A model generated the notes under the pieces. That model had not been told where the DNA came from and made no database searches. It saw only the letters and a program-made list of their open reading frames with translations. From a virus, in IMG/VR virus record IMGVR_UViG_3300046673_000058, positions 1-64,000 of that record: a stretch of DNA of 64,000 bases, one strand, 5' to 3'. A program made the position numbers and the translations under genes. Position 1 is the first letter of the stretch, and every line of letters starts with the position of its first letter. This document shows positions 1 to 12,300 of the stretch, in pieces.

Positions 1-222
1 TCCACCGAACAATCCACCAATCAAAAGCATCGCAACCGCCCACATCGCGTCGTTGAACTTTGAGCTGCTTTCTCCGATTTTCTTTAGTAGTTCTTCCTTC
101 GTGGTGGCGTCATTCGCGTCTTGTTCATCTAATCTTCTGAGAATGAAATCCCCTTGCACTTTAAGCGCGCTTATTTCGCATTCGTGGCGTATAATCGCGT
201 CGTGGTTTTCCGTGTCGGTCAT
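1..222 (-). CDS. Partial membrane protein (coiled coil plus C-terminal hydrophobic segment); runs off the window edge
   Basis: Manual translation MTDTENHDAIIRHECEISALKVQ...AMWAVAMLLIGGLFGG; its ATG overlaps the stop of 219..809 (ATGA). Confidence 0.6.
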   Translation of the reverse strand, partial: MTDTENHDAIIRHECEISALKVQGDFILRRLDEQDANDATTKEELLKKIGESSSKFNDAMWAVAMLLIGGLFGG

Positions 223-809
223 GGCAAACCGCCAAAAACGTGGAAAGAATATGAGATGAAGACCAAAATAAACAGAAACGCAAGTGACGAAAGTGCGCCT
301 ATAATCTTCCAGTGAAACGTGCTCGAATCTGTGGCGTTTTGTTTTATAAACTCCGCACGCAGTTCGCCTATGTCTTCTATAGTTGCTATTCTCGTTGCTG
401 CATCGCTGGCGAGTCGTGCTTTTTCGGCAGCGCTTTCTCGCTTTATGCCGTTTCGCTCAATCGAGTTCATCCGGTTTGCTATGTTTAAATCCATAGCGTC
501 GACTTTTGTTACAATGCCGTGAATATCTGTACCCAAGTCGTCGATTTTTTCGTCGAGCTTGTTAAGAATGCCGTTTTGTCGAATACTGTTAGCCTCGTAC
601 GCTCTAAGACGCTCGTTGTGCTGACCGATGCTTATTTGACACTGTTTCACGCAGTCTTCCATTGTGCTTAGCTCTTCTTTATGCACAAGCGAAACGTGCT
701 TCTGTTCGTCGCGTATGCTTTCTAACTTAGAATTAACATCATCAATTTTCTTAAGTTCCGCGTCTAGTTCAGTTTTAACGGCCCTAACGTCCTTCTTTAA
801 GTCTTCCAT
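219..809 (-). CDS. Coiled-coil protein with C-terminal transmembrane helix (possible lysis/membrane protein)
   Basis: Heptad-rich N-terminus; C-terminal IIGALSSLAFLFILVFISYSF; lies after the tail genes. Confidence 0.6.
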   Translation of the reverse strand: MEDLKKDVRAVKTELDAELKKIDDVNSKLESIRDEQKHVSLVHKEELSTMEDCVKQCQISIGQHNERLRAYEANSIRQNGILNKLDEKIDDLGTDIHGIVTKVDAMDLNIANRMNSIERNGIKRESAAEKARLASDAATRIATIEDIGELRAEFIKQNATDSSTFHWKIIGALSSLAFLFILVFISYSFHVFGGLP

Positions 810-822
810 AATTCCACCGCCG

Positions 823-1050
823 TTAGGTATTATCGTTAGGCCGCAACTTCACGTCGATTAACTTATTTTGCTCTTCTTTCTCGAGCGTTGCTAGCTTTAT
901 AAAACACGGATTACAGAGCCACTTTAGATGTTCGGGAGTTCCAAATAATGTGAATCGTTTCGATGAACCGTCGTCGTTAAACCACGACGTCTTACAGTTA
1001 GCGCAGTGGTCGGGCGGCATTAAGGTGATAATGGGTAATTTTGTAGGCAT
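823..1050 (-). CDS. Small zinc-finger protein
   Basis: CANC...CNPC; GAGGA RBS upstream. Confidence 0.5.
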   Translation of the reverse strand: MPTKLPIITLMPPDHCANCKTSWFNDDGSSKRFTLFGTPEHLKWLCNPCFIKLATLEKEEQNKLIDVKLRPNDNT

Positions 1051-1155
1051 TATTGTTTCCTCGGTCGTCGTGTGTATCGTTCTAAGTCGCGGAGTCGCTT
1101 CGTCTTCTTACCGCGAAGCTTTCCGAACGGCGTTTGAGTCTCGCCATATGCCTCT

Positions 1156-1383
1156 TTACCGGCTTGCGGTGGTGGCGCGACGCTGACCGGTCACAGCACG
1201 CATAGCGGCTTCAGTAATAAGTAATCTAGCCGATTCTGCGGCGACTTCGAGCAGTTCATTAGCTGCCTTCTCTGCAGCCACTAGCCGAACCTTAGCCGCT
1301 TCTTCAGCCACAACGCGACGCGTTTGCGCACGTTGTTCAATCTTTGCTTCTATCTTTCCGATAATCTCTTCTTTTTTGTCCAT
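1156..1383 (-). CDS. Hypothetical helical protein
   Basis: Ala/Glu-rich ORF in operon orientation. Confidence 0.45.
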   Translation of the reverse strand: MDKKEEIIGKIEAKIEQRAQTRRVVAEEAAKVRLVAAEKAANELLEVAAESARLLITEAAMRAVTGQRRATTASR

Positions 1384-1393
1384 TTTTCAACTC

Positions 1394-2428
1394 CTAGCGT
1401 GTTTTCGGTTGATACTCTCTAACTCGTACTGTCATATTCAAGTTACATGCGCTTGTGCTTGTGATGGGGCCGTACACACTCGGCGGCGTAACGGGGTTGG
1501 TCGGCGTTGACCCCGTGGGTTGGAGTTCGGTTTCCATCGTAATGACCCAGACGTCCTCTGCGGCGTACCCCTGTAATAAATAATTATATGGCATCCATGC
1601 GTACGAGTTCGTACCCCATGTAGCCCCCCACGAGTTTTTTACGAGTAATGCACCTTTAGACCCATCAAGATTGGTGTGGGTGTCGTTATACCCATATATA
1701 ACGTTCTCATGCGCGCCGTATGACGTTTCCCCCGATGCAGGCATAGGAATATCAGTACCGCCAGATTGTAACTGCTCGTACCCCGCATAGATTGAGAGAC
1801 CTACGGCTGCAACTAGGCCGGGTAACGTAACTTTCGCGCCGGTTTTAGGATTTGTAGCGGTTACAGGGGTGCTTAACGTTGCCTTGATGCGGTCTAATCC
1901 GGTTTGCGTGTGCATATCACTTGCGCCGTTTACCCTCGCGTAATTACTCACCTTAAACCCTGCCGCCGCTGTCTTTGCCGATGCAGGGGGTTCAGCGTTT
2001 GTGGTGTTTGCATTATATGCAGTTCCACTTGGGTTTTCAGGTGTGAACGGCCATGGATAATTTGAGTTAGGCGATACACCCGTGTTTGACATAGCGTCAA
2101 AGTTTCCTAGCGGGGTTGACCCTGTGTCCCCACTTATCTCATCATCATCACGAGCCCACCGATATAGTGCGAGTACGCTTCCAGCCGTATATGAACCGAG
2201 TATGGCCTGCTGCAACCACTCAAAACAACCGACCGATGCACATGATACACAACAACCGACGCCGTCCTGATTCATCACACGCGTCGTAGCAGTAGAACGT
2301 AAGTCGATTGACGCTGCTACCCGAAGCAAGTGCTCGGGGGTTAGCTCGTATATCCTATCAGTCGGTAGGAAAGGAGAAGGGATATACCCTAAGCCGTGAC
2401 CGTTGGGTGTTATTGGTCTTTCAGTCAT
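1394..2428 (-). CDS. Papain-like C1A cysteine peptidase with Pro-rich linker and C-terminal tag
   Basis: QDGVGCC (oxyanion Gln and catalytic Cys), GAHENVIYGY (His), KNSWG (Asn), YAWMPYNY. Confidence 0.9.
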   Translation of the reverse strand: MTERPITPNGHGLGYIPSPFLPTDRIYELTPEHLLRVAASIDLRSTATTRVMNQDGVGCCVSCASVGCFEWLQQAILGSYTAGSVLALYRWARDDDEISGDTGSTPLGNFDAMSNTGVSPNSNYPWPFTPENPSGTAYNANTTNAEPPASAKTAAAGFKVSNYARVNGASDMHTQTGLDRIKATLSTPVTATNPKTGAKVTLPGLVAAVGLSIYAGYEQLQSGGTDIPMPASGETSYGAHENVIYGYNDTHTNLDGSKGALLVKNSWGATWGTNSYAWMPYNYLLQGYAAEDVWVITMETELQPTGSTPTNPVTPPSVYGPITSTSACNLNMTVRVREYQPKTR

Positions 2429-3321
2429 ATTGTCTTTGGCTGATACTCTTGAACGCGTATATTAGCAGTAAGTTTACAGAGTCCGGACGCTGTGTCGAGA
2501 GGGGGGCCGGGGGGTGTATAAGGGCCTGGCGTCGGCGGCGTTCCGCCTTTCCAAAGCACAACATCATCTGCCCAGTTGCCACCGCCAGAGAGGTCAAGCA
2601 CCGTATTATCTTCGCGCCAACTGTAAATGTAGCACCCGCACGGAAACCCCCCGCAGTTTGAAGTGTCGTTACACCCAGCACCCATTTGTATACAGTTACC
2701 TATGCAATACTCACCACCCGTAGGGCCCCCCGCATCTACTGAGACCTGAAAATAGTAATTGGTATTTAACTTCAAGGCATATCCATCGAAAGTAACATAT
2801 AGTGACTGGTTTGATTCACCACCTGGGGTGCCATGTATTTGGGTGGGTTTATTGCCTTCTACGCCAAGCCAGAACTGAGCATTTAAATAGCTTGCTTGTT
2901 GTATTTCAATGCTGAAATAATATATGCCCTCCTGAATTAATCCGCCACCGGTGGGGGGGCAGTTCGAGGAACCATCCCAACTACACTGTTCGTGGATATA
3001 ACCATAATAAAGGTCATTCGCAGCAGACCAGAGCTTCCCATCGTTACCAACTAGGGTACTATCGATTACACCATTAACAGGCCACCACTGACTGATATTT
3101 ATCCCAAACTGCCATGTGTGCTGATAAGGACTACTAATCCCCCCGGGTACTACTATTCCATCCTTATTACTGTTTAGGGGCCCCCACACAGGGTACCCAA
3201 CAGTGTCTTTCGCGTATTGCGCTCTAGCCGCTTGTCCGTTGTATGCAGATAATCCAGTTCCGTGGTTAGTTATAGTAGACGAGTTTTGGTCGAATTTGTA
3301 GTAAATGTATTGAGCTGACAT
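2425..3321 (-). CDS. LamG/ConA-like tail-tip accessory protein with Pro-rich linker and C-terminal tag
   Basis: N-terminus TITNHGTGLSAYNGQA resembles the repeats of 3326..12463 (TIINKGNAGAAYNATA); ends CKLTANIRVQEYQPKTI. Confidence 0.55.
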   Translation of the reverse strand: MSAQYIYYKFDQNSSTITNHGTGLSAYNGQAARAQYAKDTVGYPVWGPLNSNKDGIVVPGGISSPYQHTWQFGINISQWWPVNGVIDSTLVGNDGKLWSAANDLYYGYIHEQCSWDGSSNCPPTGGGLIQEGIYYFSIEIQQASYLNAQFWLGVEGNKPTQIHGTPGGESNQSLYVTFDGYALKLNTNYYFQVSVDAGGPTGGEYCIGNCIQMGAGCNDTSNCGGFPCGCYIYSWREDNTVLDLSGGGNWADDVVLWKGGTPPTPGPYTPPGPPLDTASGLCKLTANIRVQEYQPKTI

Positions 3322-3325
3322 CTTA

Positions 3326-6300
3326 TCACCCCTTCGGCGGCGTTACTTTTATGTAATGCCACCCCGGTGTCGGCGTGCCTGCGTGGTTCAACGTAAGGAA
3401 CGGGAGTATGTCTATCGAACCACATTCCCCTGATAATGAGTTTACGGTGGTGCCGTCAATTTCTATGACATGCCCAGATGCGGATGTAGCACTACCTGTC
3501 GTTAGCCCCCCGGTCCCGGCGGCTTGGAACGGCTGCGAGTTAAGACTGAACTCAACAGAGTGCACCCGCGTAGTAGAAGGTCTAATTTCAAATTCAAACC
3601 ACGCGGGGTTGTTTGTGTCCGCTTGTGTAGTGAGTGTATAAGGAGTCGCAACGACCTGCCCCCCCTCATACTTAGGTTTGTCCTGTAAGTCACCCATTGT
3701 CTCCGCGAGCAACCGAGGCGTGTTCTTGTAAATGGCGTCTAATGTGAGTTGTATATCATGAGGGGTATCTAAGTTTGTTTTCTGTAATTTGGAAATCATA
3801 CATAACTCATTCACGCCGAGTTTCTCATCCATAACTAGAACATTCGTTCCTAACTTCAGCTCTTCAGACCAGTTAATAGTCGGATTAAGGTCATACAAAT
3901 CCACCACCCCAACCGACCACGATAAAATAGGCTGTGAAACTTTCGTTAAATACTGCGTTCCGGACTTTAATAACGCATCTTGCGATGTAGCCGTGTCATC
4001 TTTATACGTCCCCTCTATCATGCCGTATTTATCAATAGCATCCTGATTCGACAGCCACGGCGCGAGCGGATACGCAACGTAGTACTCATCGGTTGGGATG
4101 TAGTTTGAAGCAATGATTCCGATTGTCTTTTCATCAACGAAGAAGAACTGGTCGGTGACGTCGGTGTTGATTTCGTTGATAATCACATCAAGATTGTAAT
4201 ATCCGTGTTTATTTTCATATGTGCTCGTCTTCTCATACCTTCCTGCGGGGGCCCAGGCGTTATGTTTTATACCTGTTTGCGTGTCGGATTCATTATCGAA
4301 TCCTGGATTCGTTGTTGTGAAGTATCCCCCACACTCTAGTCCACCCAAATAGTTAGAGAACGCCACAGATGATGGATATAGGGATATGACTACCCAATAC
4401 GACCCTGTTGCCAACCACGCGCCTTGTAGTGGAAAGTTATACCATCTAAAGTTATCAGACGCAATCGAGAAGAAGTCCCCCACATACCAGAGCAACGGCC
4501 CTTGGTATGGCTCTAATACGCCCGTTTTATCTTGTTTAATAGAGTTATAAATCCCCACACAGAACTTTATCGCGCCGCCCGTTTCTTCTATCAGTCGTGT
4601 GTACTCAAGTAAGTCGCTTTGGTTCACCAACCCTTTTGTTTTTGATGGGTCTATGCGCCACAATAGGAGGGATATATCGGTTATCTGCGCCCCCCCTTGT
4701 GGGATGTTGAACATCTGCGCCGCCGCCTCATTACGTGTTCCGCCAGCACTAGCATAACCCCCTACAGTTGCTGGTAAATCCCATGGTGGGTCGCTTGTCC
4801 CTGCCTGAGCTGCTGCATCAGCACCGTGCGCCACAGGGTTCCAAGCGGTGTATGCCCCTAAATTCTTCCGACCACGCCCTATCAACATACCAGCACTTCG
4901 CGGAGATACCCCCATCTCAAAATTATTATAGGATACATACTCATTATCCGGTTCGACGCTGAAATACACGTACTGGTCAACAATCGTAGGGTTCTTCAGC
5001 CTGACCATCGGCTGGAAGTATGGTGGACTGTTAAGCGTTAGCTCCCCGGGCGCAGAGCCCGCCCCGCGCGGATACAATTTTGTTATTATCGAAGAATAAT
5101 CAGACTGAACATCCACACCTGTTGCGTTTTTACCAATAGTTATAATCGGCGGCTGGTCTGTATGGAACCCGCTCGGGTTGTAACTTCCGTATAGAATCCA
5201 CTGGTCAGAATTATAGTTATTCGAGAGTTGGTCTGCGCTTAGTGCGCTAGAGTGTTCACGGTACAGCGCAAGGGAGCAGTTTAGGTTATTCGTTTGGGCT
5301 TTGTTATTACCTAAGTAAATATTAAAGTCGCCATCAATCGTCCAGTCGCCCCACGTATTTCCATCGTCAGTTGATGTATTAGTATAAAGCTGCGTATTTT
5401 GGTTTATGTATGCGTCGAGTTCTAGAGTGGATGGCGCGATAATCGCAGGTTGTGCGTTCAGTGAGCCGCCTAAAGGTATATAATTATCCACAGGGGTCTG
5501 CATGCTCACGAGCGCGTAAGGGGTTGTATTATTAAACAAATATGTAAACCCACCACATTGCACACGGATATAATCAGCTTTAACGTCGACCCCTTCCAGT
5601 TCTCCACCGTGTGTGAATGCAGAGTAAGGGATTATCCTCGTTACGCCCGTCCCATCGGTATTCATCATAAAAACGCCGCCAGTTGGGTCCATGTTCCCCC
5701 ACCCGCAGTCGTAGGTGGCCGCCGTCGCGGTATAATAATGACCGCCATAAAAATCCATCCCCTCGGTGTACCACAAGGGGCTATCGGGATTTATCGTGGC
5801 AATATATGCGTTTGTGGTTAAGTCAAAGGTGAAGAGTTGGCACGGGCCTGCGCCTGTGCCAGGGGCTGCGAGGTCTATATCAACTATTGTATTATTTACG
5901 GTGTTCACCGTTACAGACCCACACGGTTCATGAGGCATAAAAGAACTTATTTGTGCTAAAGTAGACGTGTCCCATGTCGCTATCCATGCGTCCATCGTCT
6001 CAGCATTCACGCAGCACCCGTACAGTTTTCCGTCATACACCGCCCCGTCGCCCATGTGGTCCCCTCCACAGTCGGCGGCGGCGGTTAAGTTCGACGCGAC
6101 GACGTTTAGATTAGAGTCAAGCTTATAGATGGCTGTTGTAGTTATATAATAAAAATAGGCCCCATCCCACGCTAGACCCTGCTGCGAACCCTGCACGAAT
6201 CCGCCTTCAGTCGTTATTATCCATGCGGCCCCTGTGCTGTCGATTACACAAACAGCGATGTACCCATCAGAGGTAACGCACGCAGAGGGTGCAACATTGG

Positions 6301-9300
6301 ACGCGATGACCGAGCCCCCTACTGTGGCCCACGTGCTCCACGACGAGCCGTTCCATTCCATAGACCAGAGCGTGCCGTCACTTCCCTGCGCGAATATAGT
6401 AATATCGCCGTTGTCAGTAGCGACCGCCGTGGGTCCGCAGTAGATAGTAGCACCAGTAAGGTGAACCCAACCACTCCACGATGAGCCGCCGTTTGTGCTT
6501 GTTTTTTGGTAGAGTGACCCCGCCGTTCCACCTTCAACAAACACGTCAATTCTGCTTCCGTACGAACACGCGGTAAGCCCAGCATTCGGATAGAGCGTAC
6601 CACCTAAACTAACCCACCCACTCCAGCTCGTGCCGTTCCACTTATTGTAGTAACAGTATCCGTTACTCCCTCGCCCAAATAGGTGAATGGTATTAGCAGC
6701 CGGGGATGTTGCGGCTGGCGTCGTGGTGAGCGTTCCCCCTAAATTTTCAAGCCCCGTGCCGCCGTTTCCATCATCCCATGTATGAGAGACTGTGGCGTTC
6801 GCACCGACCATGAATATGTCCTTTCTCCCGGAACCCCACGAACACGCAGCAGGACCAGTTCCGTTCAACATCATCCATCCGTCGTTTGACCAACTTGACG
6901 CTGCGCTAGTGGATGTTTTACTTAACGTTTGTTGTGTGTTGTTTAGGTAAATCGAAGGAGCGACCGCAGGGCTACTAGGCCATACGATTTGAAGGTCATA
7001 CCACGTTCCTAATGCAATAGAATTAACAGGAGTGGTGTACGTTACCTGGTCACTATTCGCAGTGGTTCGTGAGGTGACAATACACTGATTATTTTCATCA
7101 ATCCACACTTCCCACGGTCCGAGCTGTTGTTGCTTTGACCAAAGCCTTCCGGCGGTACTTGTTTCGTTAAGGTTAAACAGGAACTCAAACGTAGTTGCAG
7201 ATGTGTTATCAATTGCCCCACCGTGCGGGGCTTCGATGTAATCAGTTGCACCGTTAAAGGCCCACATCCCCGCGCCAGAGGAGATGGGTTCATAGTCGGG
7301 CTGTTGTGCTGTCGCATTATACGCCGCACCCGCGTTTCCTTTGTTTATAATCGTTGTCCCGGTGGTCGGCCACGTGCTGTACTCAACCTCAGACGATTCG
7401 GAATTTACCCCTTCGCGCCATTTGTTCGCGGCGTATTCTGCTTTTAGTGCCACATCACCAAGGGCCGTACTGTGTAATGATAAAAAGGAGAGGGTCATTG
7501 CTGAATTATTGGCGAGCGTAACGTCGTTGCCGATGTATATATCCTCACCTAAGTCAGATGCCCATGCGCCTGTCCCAGTTTTGCTGTGTGTGATTGTCAA
7601 CTTTGTACCGTTTAGGTACATCACAGGCACGCCAATACCCGGGCCTAAAGAACCATCCCACGCGATTTGTATATAATTCCATTGCCCTATGTTAACCGTA
7701 CCAGTGGTGCTCATTATATACTGGTCCATCGTTCCAGAACCAGTGCCGGTCGTTGTGCGCTGAACTAATATTCTCGCTGAACTATCCACCCACGCGATTA
7801 CAAAGCCACCTTTGGAATAAATATAACTATAATTAGTCGCACCAGCGGCGTCTATCCTGAATATCGCCTGGAAAGTGAAGTTGTATAAATTCTCAAGTTC
7901 AGGTACGTCAGGGATTACAATATAATCGGTAGTATCCTGGAACTGCCACGCCGGTGCGCCGTTGTTAGTTAACTCATAGTACCCTGGGCTGCTCGCTACC
8001 CCGTCACCATCAGCACCCGCAACGCCCCCGTCGTTAGGTATTAACAGACCTTGGCTCGGGAAGTAATCATATATAACTTGCGCTGCGTTGGTGACGTTCA
8101 CTGGGTCGTATGAGTTCTGTATAGCGGCGAATGTACTAGCAAGGGTTAGTATGCGTTTTGAGGGGTCAGATGGAGGTATATAAACCCTACAATATCCACC
8201 AGTCTGTTGGATTATTTTATCTATGCCTGTTTTTATCGTTTCCCAGCTAAGGTCAACATCAAGCGGCATGTTAAGTGTGGGGTCAACGTAAATACCCGTT
8301 ATGAACCCGTCATTGAGTATTTCAGTACTAATATCTTGTAGTACCTGTAACGTCATACGCTGAGAGCTTTTATACTCAAAAGCGATGTTATACCGATTAA
8401 GATATTCTTCCGGCCCGTCTGCGGTGACTAATAGATTGTACCCACTCCCTGCTCCCAGAGTAGAGCCACCACTCCCCTGCACCCCACCAAAGTCGCCATA
8501 CGCTTCTACTTTTTGTAGTACAAACGCCTGCTTAAATTGGTTGTCTCTGCCGTACCACCATATCTCATACCCTTTCGGGTTTCCTGAGAGTGCCGGAACT
8601 AATGGAGAATCAATATTAAGGTTAAACGTGAGTAAATCAGCGTTCCCCAACTCCTGCTGAACCTGCGGGGCGATTCTACCATCTAGCACTCCGATATAAT
8701 TAAACGCCCTGTTAATGAGTTTAGCCCACTTACTCCAACCGGCAATTCCCACGCTCGCGGGGGTCCATTCCGTGTACCACAGGGCGCCGTCCTGGCCGCG
8801 TCCGAAAAGGGTTATCTCATTCTCGTTATTTGAAGCGGCGGCTAAGGTGCTTGTGACGGGACCGCCGATGTTTACCCACGCCCCGCTAGTAGTCCAATTA
8901 GAACTGGTATTCGTCTTCGTCCAGATTGAATTATCAGAGCCTACACAGTACAGGTCAACCCGTCCGGATGTCATGGACACCGCAGCAGGTCCGGTGCCTG
9001 GGTGTAGTGAGCCACCTAAACTATACCACGGGTGCCACGTGGTGTTATCAGCAGACCACCTGTACCAACAAGCCCCATCAGTGCCTCTTACAAATACACA
9101 AATTCCTGTTTCGTAATAACACGCTGCGGGTGATGAAGATGCCGCCCCGCCAAGTTGCTGCCATGATGACGGGCTAGTAATGGCGGGGACTCCTGGGGAC
9201 GCATGGGTATCAAGTAGTGTATAAGGGTAAGTTCCAGAGAACGTGTAAATATCCCCCCCCACTATGACGCTGATTCCGGCGTCAGTGGTGCATAGCCCTT

Positions 9301-12300
9301 CGACCTCCAACCCCGCAGTTGTTGCCCCTGTATCTGGATATGTGATTATTATTGACTCACTACTGCCGTTGGGGTTCATCACTCCAACCACCGCAGTCTC
9401 GCCCGCCACCCAGTTCTCATTTGTTGAGTAATAATATTTACCGTTGTAAGGGCATATCCCTTGGTAGTAGATTCCTGCAGGGCCATCGCCTGTGATTGAA
9501 CCTTCGTATGCGAACGTATCTAAGTTGAACTTGAACACCTTTGTGTGCCCTAGTGCAGTGCTTCCGGATGTGCCGTATTGTATCGCTACTAAACAGTTGT
9601 TCTCAGCATCTACACCAACACCGCCTATGTTAAGCACCTCATACGTGAGTCCAGATAATTCACATAAATCATAATTCGTTATAAAGCTCAGGTCGCTCGT
9701 GTTGAACAACCCCACCATCTCTTTTTGAGGGAGTTCTTGCGTAGTACAGAAACAGTAAAGAATGCCGTTATTTAATCCAGCCCCCCCTAAGTGGTCGCCA
9801 CCACATAGGGTCCCTACATTTTCCCTATACATGACTACGTTCATGCTCTGGTCTAACTTGTAAATAGACCACGTAGTAACGTAATAATAATACGTCCCGT
9901 CAAACGAAATGCTTTGTGGCTGCAAATATGCCGTTCCTGGTGTGCCCTTTAAGTGGAATAATGCGTTGCCTTTCCCGACGGCGAACACATTGATTTTCCC
10001 ATCCGCGTCCATACAAACAGAGGGCCCGGCATTCGCAGCAAGCGTCCCGCCAAGGGTCATCCATTCCCCCCACGTTTTACCCCCGTCGATTGAACCTTTG
10101 TAATAAACCGCCCGGGTTAGCCCTTGCGCAAAGACAAATATCTGGTTTTCCGCTGGGGAGACCGCAGAGACCGACGAGACAATCATTCCCTGTAAATCCA
10201 ACGCGCTTTCATACCCATCTGCGCTTGTGATGTACATTACCTCTCCGTCGACTTTGGAGGAAAAGAATACGTCATCCCTACCTGGTGCGCTCGAACACGC
10301 TGCTGGTGCTCCACCGTTCACGACCTGCCAGCCAGGGTTGCGTTGCCGGACTTCTAAAGTGTATGGAACAGTTATCGGCGGTTCTTGGGTGGGGACATAG
10401 ATTATGTTTATGTCGGATGTTTCGGTTATAATCAGCGTATCTGTTTCTGCTACATTAATACTAGATGAGAACTCTTCGAGCGAATGCCCTTCGATATTTC
10501 TTAGGTTTATCGTTTCGTGCGACGTAATCTTGGGAAACGAAGACGTTTCCCTAACAGAGAGGTTCATCACCTCGGAGTTAGTGAATCCGAACGTATTGGT
10601 CTCGCTAACCGATAGTGTCGCCGTCTCGTCAGAAAAGTAAGTAGGGAGTATTTGAGTTGTTCCAGCGTCAGAATCAGTTAATATAGCCGTTTCAGTCGAT
10701 GTGACATACTTACAGCCTACCTTCTGAATATATGAATTCTCAGTTACGATAAGTGTTATTATTTCAGGTGTTGTGACCTCACTTATGGTAGTTACCGATA
10801 CGTATGACTTTTCAGTAATCGAAAGCGTTATAACTTCATCCGTATTTACAACCCTGTCGCCGCCGCTTATTTGGGTACTGTTGCGCTCTTTGGGTTTGAG
10901 CGTTATCATTTCTTTCGACGTTTGATGAATCGTAAACGATGAAAATTCTGTAGGTGTGAGGGTGTTAGTATCTGGAGAAGATACATCTACTGTGCTCGTA
11001 GCCCATATCGCGCTATCGGCGGCGTAATTACTAGCAAAGTCACCGCTTGCATCGTAGTTGTACCACCTGAAAACCGCGATAGTTCCGTCTAAACCTCGGT
11101 TATTATTCCAGTAGCCGTCTATGTTCCCAACTATTAGCGAACCAACCGGACAGTCATCCATCCAGTCGCCGGTTCCCGTGTCAAAGTGGTATAACGTCTG
11201 TTGAGTGCCGTTGATGAATATTGCAATTCCATAATCATTCGGCCCTTCCATCGCGTCATAAGAAATTTGGATATCATACCAGTTTCCGATTGTAACGGGG
11301 GTTCCGCTTGTGTAATACGCGTCCCAGTTGCCGTCAGTGGTAAATCGTTGCAGTTGAAGCCTGTTGTTTGGAGTATCAACAAACAGACACCACTCACTAT
11401 TCGTATTAGTCGCGGAGTCTATAGCCCGCTTAGAAAATAACCTCGGTTGTGTGCTCGCTCCAGAGAACGTGCCGTTGAGGTAAAACGCTATCTCGGCGGA
11501 GTAATAATCTAAATCACAGGTCTTTGAACCGTTAGGAATCCAAATATAATCAGTATTACTTGTGAACTTCCACGCCTTATGTCCAGACGGCAGGGTTATC
11601 TGTTTATTTGAGCTAAAGTGACCGTTATAGCCACTGCCTGTATTCGACCCCGTGTTGGTGATGAGTCCACCAGAAACAGCCCAAGTAGAGAGGTCAACGC
11701 TTGCATTTGAGGGTCTATACGTAGAGTTCCAAGTACTCCCTCGGTATTTATCATAATACCAGTGCCCGTGGTTCGCAGATGCAAAAGAAGCGGATTGATT
11801 GGTGTTATACTGCCGGTAGACCATAAGCCAACCGGCTGCGTTATAACCGCGCGATGACGACGGGCACGCTGAGTTGGCAGAGTAGTTCATTATATTGGCG
11901 CTGCCAACCGAATCGTTGTACCACGCACCAGTCGGATATGAATTATCAGTACCCGCGTTAACCGTTTGCTCTACGGGTGTTGCACCGTCAGTACCTATCC
12001 ATATCCTCGGCTTTGGGGTGCTGGCTCCGTTCGGAGTTGCTCCTGCAGACCACGCGATTTGAATATAATACTCATGTCCTGTCGGTGTTGAACCCGATGG
12101 AGTGTAAAAGTAAATATCATGGCCGCTCGTGTCGTAACGGGATAATATAAGATTCTGGCTGCTGTCCTGGAAGTAAATCTCATACGCGCCGACGCCTTTG
12201 TCCCATATCTTGTTCATCCCGTGGCCGCCAGCGTGGTAACTGACGTATATCTCCCAACTAACGGTGTTTTGGTTGTTAGTCGTTGAGTTGGCGGGGATGC

